The notes under the pieces were generated by a model. It saw nothing but the letters and a program-made list of their open reading frames with translations. It was not told the origin of the DNA and did not search any database. A program made the translations under genes and the position numbers. 64,000 nucleotides of DNA from Callorhinchus milii (lineage: Eukaryota). The stretch's first letter is position 1; every line of letters starts with the position of its first letter. Shown here in pieces: positions 12,676 to 24,212 of this stretch. The stretch is from assembly GCF_018977255.1 (NCBI RefSeq), contig NW_024704743.1:74216001-74280000 (forward strand). Reading direction: 5' to 3'.

Positions 12676-14189
12676 ATGTTCAGAAATAATGAAATGGTTA
12701 ATGCAGATAGATCAAGAGGACTAGGCAAAGACAATAATAAACACAATAATAATAGACAATGTTAAACACAATTTATTTTACAAGTTCATGAGTTAAAAAT
12801 ATTAAACACAAGAGTACCAGTGGGGTCTATTATGCATCTTGTGCAATCCAATATGTAAATATATACAAATGAATTATTGACGCAAACAGCAATGATTTTC
12901 ATTCATGTGCAAATTTTCTCATCAGATATTGGGACGGAAAACATTAAAATGAAATATGCTAATAATAATAATTAATAAGTAATCGTTACATTTCGTATAG
13001 CACCTTTCACATTGGGAGGACGTCCCAAAGAGATTCACAGGATATTCTTAAAGTGCAGTGACTGTGTGTTTTAAGGGCAAACATGGCAGCCAATTGTGCA
13101 CATCAATGACCCACAAACAGCCATGGTAGTGAATGAGAGCGTATGCAGACTGAATGAGCATTTTATTTTTTGTGCAATGATTTATCGAATCCATCTTTAC
13201 CAATGGACCCACAACCTTCTGACTCAGAGGAAAGGGTGTATCAACTAAGCCAGGCTGGCATCTATTCCTTTCCAGAACACCATCCCTTTTTTGATTGACT
13301 CTTCAATTTAGATTCATTATGATTCAGGTGAATGTTAACCTATCCCCTCCCCTCACTTCCCCTCCCCTAACCCCAACTCCGTTCCCATTGCCAACTTTTC
13401 AAAATAACAAATTTTTCTTCAATTGTCCTGTCTTATATTTTTCACCCAAATTTTACACCCAGATTCAAATTAATTGGTTGCTCGTCTCATTGTTGTTTGT
13501 GGGACTTTGTTGGCACAGATTAGCTCTCATGTTTGCTGATAGAATTAACATTCACTCTGTTTCTAATCAATTTTTTATTTTGCGAGGGAAATCAAGAGGT
13601 TTATTTTACATGAAACGCAAGTTTTTGAGTGCTGTAAACAGGAATGAGTGGCATAAACCTATCCAGGCTACTCTCTCACTGTTACTTTTGCAGCATGAGC
13701 CAACACAGCCAGCTGCCAAAGAAAATGCTTTTGTGGCTGCACTAAATTTTCCTTTGCAGAACCCGATAGCATGATCAGTGCAGGGATATTGACTCGTGCT
13801 TTCCCGTTGTTGTTAAATGTTTAACTTTGCTTCTGACTGAAAGCCACCTCACCCAGGTTTGACAGACAGGTGTAGTTTAAACGTTATACAAAGGGAGAGT
13901 AAAGTTGACTCAATTCTTGTGTATACTGAGATTGCCAGACAGGTCCTCAGAATGCTTTTCTTGGCAAAGGCTCGGATACCGAGGTATGAAGAAAGAGTCG
14001 GCACAATCTGAATAGCGTACATATCCAGGTCAGCTGAAGAAGCAGCTGTCTACGTGGCGACTATTATTCGATGGCTATAGAGGGCATTTAATGAATGTGC
14101 AAACCCCACTATTTATGCTCTGCTCAACACGAGCACAGACTTTGCTGGAATATACATCAGTTCATTCTGACTTTGAATTTGACTCTACA

Positions 14190-15216
14190 CGCTCCCCCTT
14201 GGTGACATCAACCGCAGACATGGGGTAAATTTCCACATGTATGCAGATGACACCCAACTCTACCTCTCTGCCTCCACCCTGAACTCCAGGATTACTGGTG
14301 TCCTGACCGACATCAAGTCCTGGACGAGGGTCAACTTTCTCCAACTCACGTCAGCAAGACTGAGGCCATCCTGATTGGCTCACACCAGCGCCTCCGCACA
14401 TCAGGCGCTGGCAGCATTAGCCTCCATGCCTGCACACTCCACCTCACTAAGCCAGTCAGGAACCTGGGTGTCTTGTTTGACCCTGAACTGTCCTATCTCC
14501 CCCACATCTGCGCTATGATCTGCACTGCCTACCACCACCTCCGCAACATTGCCAGACTCCGCCACTGCCTCACCCCTCAGGCTGCCAAAACCCTCACCCA
14601 CACATTCGTCACATCAAGGCTCGATTATGAGAACTCCCTCCTCATCGGCCTTCCCAACTCTTCCCTTCACAAGCTGCAGATCATCCAAAACTCTGCAGCT
14701 CGCATACTCTCACGCACCAGGCTCCGTGACCCCATCACTCCCACCCTCGCCCGGCTCCACTGGCTCCCCATCACCCAGAGGATCGAGTTCAAGATCCTCG
14801 TCCTCACCTTTAAGGCCATCCATGGCCTTGCCCCCTCCTACCTCTCTGACCTGCTGACTCCCTACCAACCTGCCCGCTCACTCCGTTCAGCGGGCTCTGG
14901 CCTGCTCCATGTCTCCCGCCCGACCCGCCCTACCATCGGTGGCCGGGCTTTCAGCCTCTCTGCCCCCACACTCTGGAACTCCATCCCACGGTCCCTTCGC
15001 CTCGCTTCCTCCCTTGCCTCCTTCAATGCCGGTCTCAAGACCCTTCTCTTCGACCGTGCCTTTGGTCTCCCTCCCACCTCTCTGCCTTCCCTCACCCCTA
15101 CACCACCCCTCCCCCATGCTCGGGCCTCGACAGCTGACTGTTCAGCACTTTGGGACGTCTTCCCGACTTGAAAGGCGCTCTATAAATGTAATTTTGTTGT
15201 TGTGTTGTTGTTGTTG
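14190..15216 (+). mobile_element. L2 LINE, 5'-truncated (subfamily A)
   Basis: tatgcagatgacacccaactc (YADDTQL). ORF 14473..15171 has LHWLPITQRIEFKIL and GGRAFSLSAPTLWNS. Ends in the 3' stem-loop and (TTG)n tail. Confidence 0.95.
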
Positions 15217-15594
15217 ACTTAGCAAAGAAAGGGGACTTTGGAAAACCCTCAGGTATAAATGAATGTGTGAACAATGAGAAACACTCCAGTAGAGGTTTTA
15301 ACTTATTGAGTGCAAAGTAAAACTCACAGCGTGAACAAGACACACCATAACATGCGATGAACTGACACACCTACACACTGCATTGTTCACCCCATAACGT
15401 GACAGTGGTTCAGATTAGAGCATCCCGTCTTGCCACCATGTAACTAGTGAAAAGATCGGAGCAATACAGTGAAAACAATAGGCCAGATTTCTCAATTCAC
15501 GACCAAATCCAAGTTTTCTCGTATGGCTGTTGACTAAGACAGTAGCTTGTGCTTTGTTTGACAGACATTTAACAGGCATTTGTTTCTTTCCCAG

Positions 15595-15796
15595 GTTACC
15601 TTTGCACGCTGTCTCGGTCTTAAAATCTGGCTGTTTTCGGGACATGCTGCTCAGGTCACTGTATGCTGACAGGGAGTTCTGGGAGAGTCACAAGGGGATC
15701 AAAGAGGTACAGAAGCTAGTTCACACAGTGGAGAGAAGGTCTCAATTGCTGCTCAACTACATCCAAGAGAAGAATATCCAAGTTGTTACCGAATAA
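15595..15796 (+). CDS. GASK1A: GASK1A/FAM198A last coding exon
   Basis: tttctttcccag|G TTA CCT. Encodes LPLHAVSVLKSGCFRDMLLRSLYADREFWESHKG..VERRSQLLLNYIQEKNIQVVTE*, matching the FAM198 C-terminus (AVxVLxSG, FWESxxG). Confidence 0.93.
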
Positions 15797-15854
15797 CAGC
15801 AATGTAACATTCCCCATATCTTAAAGTAAAACCCAAGTTATTTTACAGACATGA

Positions 15855-16090
15855 GGCCTAAAATTCCATCAAATCTTAGCCTTGTAACTTTCATTTTGTC
15901 TTAAAATTTGAGATCATGCGGAATTACGGAGGATTTTTAAATCTCAATTTGAAAGCTGCTTTTCCCCAGCTCATATAACAGAAACAGCTTCTAATTATAG
16001 ACTGTATTTAAGACTTTCCATCATTTTGTAAAATCATATATTTTAAGACAAAATGTTCTTACAGGGTAACACTGTCAAGAATTTCCCACC
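15855..16090. mobile_element. Palindromic MITE-like element, copy 2, in the putative GASK1A 3' UTR
   Basis: Perfect 16-bp inverted repeat cattttgtcttaaaat (15892-15907) / attttaagacaaaatg (16040-16055). Confidence 0.7.
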
Positions 16091-16264
16091 TCAGTTCTGG
16101 AAAAACTCAGTTAAAATTGTAAGAAGAAAACAACACACAAATTGGTTGATATTCCTCACAAAAGAAATCCGAGATGAAGGAACTCATTTGATTTCATCCT
16201 TTCCAAAATAACCATCCTACCTTCTTTCCATCATAGCATTAAGCCATTTTTTCACTGAGTCCAG

Positions 16265-16460
16265 TACAACAATAATAACAACTTGCATTTATATAGTGCT
16301 CTTCACGTGAGTAGTGAGCATCTCAGAGCGTTTAACAGTGCTGGAGCTTGACTTCGAGTGGGGAGAGAGAGGAGTTGACCGTAGGCACGGTCAAAGAGGA
16401 AAGTCTTCAGGGAAAGGTAGGGGCAAGTGGAGAGATTGAGGCAGAGAGTTCAGGGTGTAG
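16265..16460 (-). mobile_element. L2 3' remnant
   Basis: aacaacttgcatttatatagtgctcttcacg is the reverse of an L2 tail, followed by a degraded 3' end. Confidence 0.7.
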
Positions 16461-17854
16461 TGTAGTAAGTAAACTTTAACTTACCAAATATCAGACATGA
16501 CCAAGGAGTATGCGAACCAACCATCTCAGAGCAAACCGCAGAATACAGAGGAATACCTATCAGAAGACCTGAATGAATGGTCACTGTATGTGAGGACTTT
16601 GCTTTTACATTTCATCTAATCAGCTCTTCCCAGATTCCCGAGTATAATTGGATCAAATGCACAAAAGAAGCAGAAATCTGTATTTTGATTGATTAATTGC
16701 TAGGATTTTGATATAGTTTGCCAAAGGATGATTTAATTTCATGTTGATTGCACTAAAGTTTGTGTTTTATTGTGAACAAGTGTGTCATGGAGTTACATAG
16801 ACCATATACCACATAATAGGCTAATCAGTCCAACATCCATGCTGATATTTACACGCCACAAGTTTTCACCTTTTCCCTACTCCCTCCCATGCCCGTCTCC
16901 CTCATGTGTATATCTAGCTTCTTCCTAAATGCATTTATATTCTCCATTGAGGCCATCCCTCACATCTCCTGCTAATTATCATCCACCAGCGAAAGTTACC
17001 ACAAAGACAGACCTTGTGATCCCCTGGCTCTGGTACTTCATCATTATTCACCTCTAGAGAATGGTTTTATCCATCAGGTCTCCCCGTGCTGGAACGGTGA
17101 CATTTTTAAAAACAAAAGCGAGTTTTTTTAATTTTAGCCGCTAGAACGGCTTTCTGAACTTAATTTTTTAGTGTAGTGTTACATTTATTTTTAAGCTGCT
17201 GCCTGGCAAAAAAGTGTGAAACTCATGCTCTCAGTTTATGATTTTCCTGATTGCTGGCATTACCCCCCTCCCCCCCATAAAAACGTATACGAAAACAATG
17301 TTTCTAGGACAGTAAACCATTCCACTTAATCTCCCTCAGTGAGCCATTGCCAATAGGGGCACCTCTGTACAGAGGTAATTGCCTGCACATCCCCTTTGGC
17401 AAAGGAAGAGCACAACCAACCATTGTCACCTACAATGTCCACAGGCTTCCGATTACAGAAAGCTTGCTGAGCGAGCCTGAGAATAATCTCAAGCAAAATA
17501 CAATCAGATAGCCCGAGTGAGCAAGAGGAATTCCCTGTATCTCAATACGCTGAGGTGGCTGACATGTCAAAGGTCTGATACCTTAACCTATCCACACAAA
17601 TAGAATGAGAAACTGGGTTCTCTCATCCTCTCCCATTCCCCCACGACATCGCTTTTGATTTCCCAGCTCTTTTGGGGAACAGCAACTAGACTGAGCTAAA
17701 CTGACAGATTGGTGGGAGAAATGGACAGAGGCATGAGCACACCCTGGGATCAGTCACTGGCTATATCTGGAGAAGGATAAAGAAAGATGCATCTCACTGT
17801 AAAATTGAGAAAGCAGGTAAGACACCATGACCACTCACAGACATTATCTCCTAG

Positions 17855-18120
17855 CAGGATTTCCTGGTCTCAAATGGGATCCAAAATCTATCAGGGTTTT
17901 AGCTTCAAGATCATTCTTTCAAGTCGGAATTTTGTAAAATTAATAATAATCCTTAAATTCACTCTCAGTTTTTAAGCCAGTTTTTCGTTGTGGTTTGTGA
18001 AGATTGTATGAAAACCAGGCTTTCAAAATAAAGCTGAATTTAACAATGTTCTAAAATTAAGCACAAATTTAGATACTATGATTTTAAGATCTTAAGATGA
18101 GACTAGGAGAAATTCCCTGC
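17855..18120. mobile_element. Palindromic MITE-like element, copy 3
   Basis: ttaaattca (17953-17961) pairs with tgaatttaa (18035-18043); cctggtctca pairs imperfectly with tgagactagg. Core resembles 2400-2435. Confidence 0.6.
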
Positions 18121-18241
18121 TTCTGGTGCATTTGAGTTTCAGCAGATAGATTGTGCAATATTATTTATCTTGTTAGGCTGCTTATGTCATTTAAGCTAGT
18201 TCAGATAATTAAGATATTGGCTTGTTTAGAGTGCCTCAAGC

Positions 18242-18247
18242 AATAAA
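18242..18247 (+). terminator. Candidate GASK1A polyadenylation signal
   Basis: AATAAA followed ~20 nt later by GU-rich tttttgtgtgttg..ttttgtggctttt. Would give a ~2.5-kb 3' UTR. Confidence 0.5.
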
Positions 18248-18469
18248 GCTGGTGACAATATCTCTCCGTTTTTGTGTGTTGCCATTATTTTGTGGCTTTT
18301 ATTTGAATTCAATTTGACCTGTTCCACATAGTTTCTACTCACTGTACATCTCGTGTCAATTGACTGTGCGCCTGTTAATATTTAGTTGGAGATCTAAATA
18401 TCAAGGATGCAAAAGATTCAAAACTAGTAATTTTTATGGCTTAGATTTACATTTTCTTCCACTCTATGG

Positions 18470-19020
18470 CAAGATCACAAGATTGGTTCAGATGAAGAAG
18501 GCCCATCTGCCCATTTGATCTCATCCCTCCAGAACACCCATCGAGCTATTGTTTAAAATCAGTCCAGTATCCGGGCCTCAAACACCTTTCCTGCAAACAT
18601 GTTCCAGTCATTAATTACCCTCTGGGTGAAGAAAACCTTCCTGGTGTCTGTCTGTCCTGCCTTTCACAAATCTAAACCCATGTCATCTTGTTGTGCTGTC
18701 TTGATGTATCCTAAAGCATTGATCTGGGTTTAGTTTTTCAATCCCATTTAACATGTTGTAAGGTCGTCGCTATAAGACGCGCACTGAGATGTCTTCTTCC
18801 GAAATTGAAGATCCCGAGCTTGTTTAATCATTGCTCTAAGCTTATTCCTCTAACATCCTCGCTGCTCTCCTCTGCACTGGCTGTAGAGTCTAGATATTGC
18901 AGTGATTGGAACAGTATGCAGTATCCTGGGCGCTGCTGACGAGTGCGCTATATAGCTTGAGTGTGACATATGGGGATCTAAACTCAACCCCAGCATCTGG
19001 TTTGTCTTGCCTACATCTCT
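18470..19020 (-). mobile_element. Old CR1-like 3' fragment
   Basis: aagatcacaagattgg tail, attaccctctgggtgaagaaaaccttcc, and degraded ORF2-end sequence. Confidence 0.65.
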
Positions 19021-19584
19021 AGAAAGTACCCGAAGAGATAACAAAGAGGGTTTGTACATTGGTTGTGCTGAGTCCACAGAGCAAAGTAGTGCCCCTGTGA
19101 GGTGGTCGGCAGATCAGTTGGAGGGCTGAACATTTCATTACTGCTCTATAACTACACAGGCCAGGATAAAGCAAGAAAATACAACCTTTTTTTTAAAAAA
19201 AGGATGTCACCCCAAAGCCTCCTTTGCCAGAAAAATTCACAGTGGTTCATTATATTCACTAAAACTGGAGGAAAACCATACAGCTCGCCTTTGGCAGCCG
19301 AACCTGCTGTCATCACAGGACCAACATGAGTGAAAGGAAGTCAAGGTTTAAGATATTTAAGATACCCTTTGAAAAAGACCAAGTTAATCAAACCCAGAAT
19401 ATGGCAACCTGTTTAAACAGGGAACAACCACATAAAATGCCAAGTAATGTATACATTCAGAACATTTTAGATCCAGAGATGAAATCAGAGGCAGAGTAAT
19501 TTTGCGCCATCGTAAGGAGGTCATTGGAAAATAAGTTGAAGGGGACACGATACAAAGGTTTAAAGTGTTCAATGTTAATCTTAA

Positions 19585-19945
19585 TAATTCTTATATTTGC
19601 TATAACGCCTTATCATTCATCGAGATGTCTCAAAGAGCCTCACCAGATTTTGCTGTGAAGTGTAATAAGTGTATTTGTAGACAAATGTGGCAGTCAGTTG
19701 CGCACAGCAATGTTCCACAAACAGCCATGCAGTGAGTGACCAATTTTTATTATTTGGGGGACTGTTGGCCAGGAAACCGGGAGAAACTCCCTTCTCTTTT
19801 CAAATAGTGCCACGGGATCATCAATGTCCACCTGAACAAGCAGATGAGACCTCAATTTAATATTCTATCTGAAGAAAGGCACCTCAACAAGTCTCCCACA
19901 GCACGATATTGGAGTGTCGGCCTGGACTGTGAGGTAAAATTCCCA
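19585..19945 (-). mobile_element. Older Deu-type SINE
   Basis: Reverse of ctgtttgtggaacattgctgtgcgcaactgactgcc and ctatttgaaaagagaagggagtttctcc; L2-type tail. Confidence 0.7.
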
Positions 19946-20565
19946 ACATAGGGGTTGGATCCAAATTCGTTCAAATCCTCCCCAGCATACACTCCCGACT
20001 TCAGGAAAATGGTTTGGTCCGAAATCCCAATCCAAAGATGTTCACCCACCATCTAGTTACTGGAATCATGGCATTCAATGGTCAGTTACTGAGAACGCAG
20101 TGACAAGTGGTCATTTACTGCAATTGTGTCTCTTTTCTAAACAGAAATCCCAGAAGAGCTGTGACCCCCATGAACCAGAACCCTATATAAGAGTCAACAC
20201 ATCAGGGTGATTCACTGTAGGGTTAAACCCTTTCAGACATTTGAACTTAAGTAACTGTATCAACTACAAGTATTATCATTTAATATGTGGAATTGTGCCA
20301 CTGGAATGTCAACACAATTTCCCCGGTTTTTCCTTTCCTGTTATTGCTTCTTCGTGGATTGACAAAGATGAATGTATCTTTTTCTACATTTAAAAAAATA
20401 TTTATTTTGTCCAACAGCCAAAAACAATGATCAAGTATCTAATCTGTCTTCGTTTACATTCTGTTAATATTTAGAACTTTTGTCTCTTTCGAAATAAAAT
20501 TGTACATAAAATCATATTTGCTGCATCACAATAAATATGAAAAACTATAAAAATATAGTATTGAT

Positions 20566-20926
20566 ATAATAATAATAATCCTTGCATTTGATATAGCATT
20601 TTTCACGTATTCTAGACGTCTCAAAGTGCTTCACATAATATACTGTAAAGTGAATTGTCTGTATGTTTGTGGGCGAACCGCAGCAGCCAATTGCACTTAG
20701 CAGTGTCCCACAAACATTCGTAGATTGAGCGACCAAATAATTTTTTTTTGAGGGAATATTATCCCCGGAAAGCGATCCGCCAATCAACTAACAACTGGGT
20801 TCCTACTTACTGCTAAGTAAAGAGGCGTGTGGAGTAAAGAAACTTGCCCAACATTTCGCCCTGCCGGGAATAGAATCCAGGTCTCTCGCTTGCGAGGCGA
20901 GTGCTTTAACCACTGAGCTACAGGAG
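20566..20926 (-). mobile_element. tRNA-Ala-derived SINE, long subfamily
   Basis: Reverse head ctcctgtagctcagtggttaaagcactcgcctCGCaagcgag; extra segment cctctttacttagcagtaagtagg; (TTA)n tail. Confidence 0.88.
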
Positions 20927-21159
20927 CTATGGACCAGTTATTAATATGTTAATGTATTTTAAAATCATGTCAGCATTATTTCTCCCAATCTCAATAAGAA
21001 CTTTATGATCCCCTCATTTCCTCCTGTCCTCCCAAATGATCCTAATACCATTCTCAACCTCTCCTTATATCGTTTTCTTGGAAGTTGCTGAAATGCTCTC
21101 AGAGCAGGGACAGGCTATGCTCCCTCTGCTGGACAATATGTGAAATGTTTCTAACTTGG

Positions 21160-21680
21160 TTGTACAATAAAACTCGCAAAAATCATATCTGTCAGGACCA
21201 TAACATTTAATATGACTTACGCAATCTATTAGGCAAACTAGCAGAAGTCGTATCATATATTCCTTATGCAAAGTTATGTATAAGTTGGATTTTATACGAC
21301 TAACACTTAACGAATACTTGTTTTCCACTCTTGTTTCAAGTACTGTACTGCGCATGCGGTACTTCTTCACTGCAGCTGGTAAGCACATATGCAGTAACGG
21401 GTCAAGATATTGTTTCCCACACTTGTTTCAAACGAAACACTGCACATGCGTGCTTCAATGCAGCCATTAAGTGTGATAGGTGATCGTTTGCATAGGATTT
21501 AGGATTATTTGGGATCAAAAAACCGTTACGATTTAGCCGCTTATCCGATTCATAAAATATGACTAGTGTAAAGAAATCTAAGAGTTTTTTGGTCGGAAAC
21601 TGAATAGGACTCGGATGCATGTACGACTTCAGTGATTATACCATTTGTAAAGAGCCGACTTTGTGAGTTTTACTGTAGAA
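21160..21680. repeat. Composite symmetric element (outer inverted repeats, two hairpin arms, central direct repeat)
   Basis: Inverted repeats at 21160-21180/21660-21680 (18/21), 21242-21252/21622-21632 (10/11) and 21303-21310/21467-21474 (8/8). See findings. Confidence 0.7.
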
Positions 21681-22166
21681 AGCATGGTATTCAATTATTC
21701 TCTGGTGAGACACTTGTTAAGGAGCCATTTAGATGCTTTTAGCTGTTCTGAATTAAGCAAGCAGATCAGAATTCACCTTTTTTTTTGCTGACTCCTTTTG
21801 CTTGGCCTAAATATGTGATAGGAGCCACACCAATAGTATACGGCATTCCTGTAATTGTGTCCCATTTTATCTCACACATTCTTTTCCAGTCACATATCTA
21901 GCACTAAGTCTGTACATACCCAATTTTATATAAACAGGATTTAAACCCAATTCAATTACTTTCATGAAAAGATCACATAATTTGCCCGGATGAGCAAGGC
22001 CCTTCGGTCCATCGTATCTCATCCTCTCCAGAATACATGCCTCCAGTGTCCAGCCAGTTTCAATCATTAATTACCTTTTGGGTAAAGAAAACTTCCTGGT
22101 ATCTGTCCCGGAAATTTCCCTTTGTAACTAAGAACCTATGTACTCTTTTTGTCCTGTCTTTGTGCA

Positions 22167-23251
22167 GTCAATCACTCCCACCCTCACCAGGCTCCACTGA
22201 TTCCCCATCCCCCAGAGGATAGAGTTCAAAGTCCTCGTCCTTCTCCTTCAAAACCTTGCACAGCCTTGCTTCGTCCTACCTCTGTGACCTGCTAATGCCA
22301 AACCAACCTGTTCGCTCCCTTCACTCAGCAGGCTCCGACCTGCTCCATGTCCCCCGTCTGGCCTGCTCCACCATCAGTGGTTGGGCTGGACTACGGGAAC
22401 TCTCTCCTCGCCGGCCTTCCCGGCACCTCCCTCCACAAGCTGCAGGTCATTCAGAACTCTGCAGCTCGTGTACTGTCCCGCACCAGGCTTCGGGACCACA
22501 TCACTCCCACCCTCGCTCGCCTCCACTGGCTCCCCATCCCCCAGAGGATCGAATTCAAGATCCTCATCCTCACCTACAGGGCCATTCACGGCCTTGCTCC
22601 CTCCTACCTCTCCAACCTACTATCCCCCTACCTACCCGCCCGTACCCTCCGTTCCTCCGGCTCCGGTCTGCTCCACGTCCCCCGCCCCAATCGCCCTACC
22701 ATTGGTGGTCGGGCCTTCAGCCTCTCAGCCCCGAGGCTCTGGAACTCTATCCCCCAGTGCCTTCGCCTTGCTTCCTCCCTCTTCTCCTTCAAGTCCGGTC
22801 TCAAAACCTTTCTCTTTGACCGAGCCTTCAGCTCCCCTCTCGACTCTCTTCCCCCTCCTCGCTCCCTCCCATCCCTCCCCTCACCCTGACCATTTCCCCC
22901 CTGCTCGGGTCATGACCCAACTGTGCAGCGCCTTGGGACGTCCTCCTGACGTGAAAGGCGCTTTATAAATGGAATCTTGTTGTTGTTGTTGTGGGCCTTC
23001 AGCCTCTCTGCCCACACGCTTTGGAACTCCATCCCACATTCCCTTCGCCTTGATCCCTCCCTCGCCTCTATCAAGGCATGTCTCAGGACCCCCCTCTTCG
23101 ACCGCACATTCGGCCACCCTCCTACCCCTACCTTTCCTGCCCTCCACCCCTCTTGATCCCAATCTCCAGCTCAGGTCCAAATCCCTGACTGTCCAGTGCA
23201 GATGTCCTCCTGACATGAAAGGCGCTATACAAATGTAATTTGTTGTTGTTG
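22167..23251 (+). mobile_element. L2 3' fragment (host of a younger L2)
   Basis: Sequence breaks at ccaccatcagtggttgggc (~22386), resumes at tgggccttcagcctc (~22992), and ends in its own (TTG)n tail. Confidence 0.85.
22387..22991 (+). mobile_element. Young L2 3' fragment (subfamily A) nested in L2
   Basis: Open frame LDYGNSLLAGLP..LHWLPIPQRIEFKIL..FDRAF, followed by the stem-loop and (TTG)n tail. Confidence 0.92.
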
Positions 23252-23727
23252 TTTGTGCATCTTAAAGTATTGTTTGGGGATTACTTTTTGATTCCAATTA
23301 AAATGTTATACACCTTTATAAGGTCCTCTCTGAGCTATCTTCTCTGAAGATTGCTCACAGCTCATTTCTTTAACACCAAAGACCATCCTCGTTTATTGTA
23401 GTATCTAGCACTCTAAGTGTGGCCTGACCAGAGCACTATATTGCTTGTGTATGATGCCTGAGGATCTGAAATCAAGTGATTTAGCAATATGACCCAGTAT
23501 CCTGCTTGCCTGGTTTTTTGGTGACTCACATAGTCAGCGACGAGTCAAACTAACAAATGAACAATGAGATCAATTAGGCTGATCGCACCTCCTTCCAGAT
23601 TATCCATGTTGATCTGGCAATACTTGTGTTGCTGTATCCTATGACAGGACCAAGCTGTTTCTTAAATTGGTCCAGTGTCACCCACCTCTCTTGGTAACCT
23701 GTTGCAGACATTAATTATCCTCATTGT

Positions 23728-24031
23728 GGAGTCCTGTAGCTCAGTGGTTAGAGCACTCGCTTTGCAAGTGAGAGACCTGAGTTCAATTCCAGGCAGGGCG
23801 AAACCTTGGGCAAGTTTCCTTACTCCACACGCCTAATAATAATCCCTCCAAAAAACCAAAAACAATAATTAAATTGGTCATTTTCAATCTACGACTGTTT
23901 GTGGGACATTGCTGTGCGCAATTGGCTGCCGCGTTCGCCCACAAATATACAGTCAATTCACTTTACAGTGTGTTCTGTGAAGCGCTTTGGGACGTCCTCC
24001 TGACGTGAAAAGCGCTATATCAAATGCAAGG

Positions 24032-24070
<39 letters not shown>

Positions 24071-24212
24071 GCTGTGCGCAATTGGCTGCCGCGTTCACCC
24101 ACAAATATACAGTCAATTCACTTCACAGTGTGTTCTGTGAAGCGCTTTGGGACGTCCTCCCGACGTGAAAAGCGCTACATCAAATGCAAGGATTATTATT
24201 ATTATTATTATT
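23728..24212 (+). mobile_element. tRNA-Ala SINE (short subfamily) with duplicated 3' half
   Basis: Full copy at 23728-24070, then a second 3' unit at 24068-24212. attgt flanks both ends (23723-23727, 24213-24217). Confidence 0.92.

Larger units (their letters stand above)
21968..23540 (-). mobile_element. Old CR1-like fragment split by an L2-in-L2 insertion
   Basis: 21968-22166 joined to 23252-23540 aligns by eye with 18470-19020. TSD tttgtgca at 22159-22166 and 23252-23259. Confidence 0.7.

Noticed and set aside
14549..23238. Many Pro/Ser-rich or Gly/Glu-rich ORFs
   Set aside because: They are alternative-frame or antisense readings of C-rich L2 sequence.
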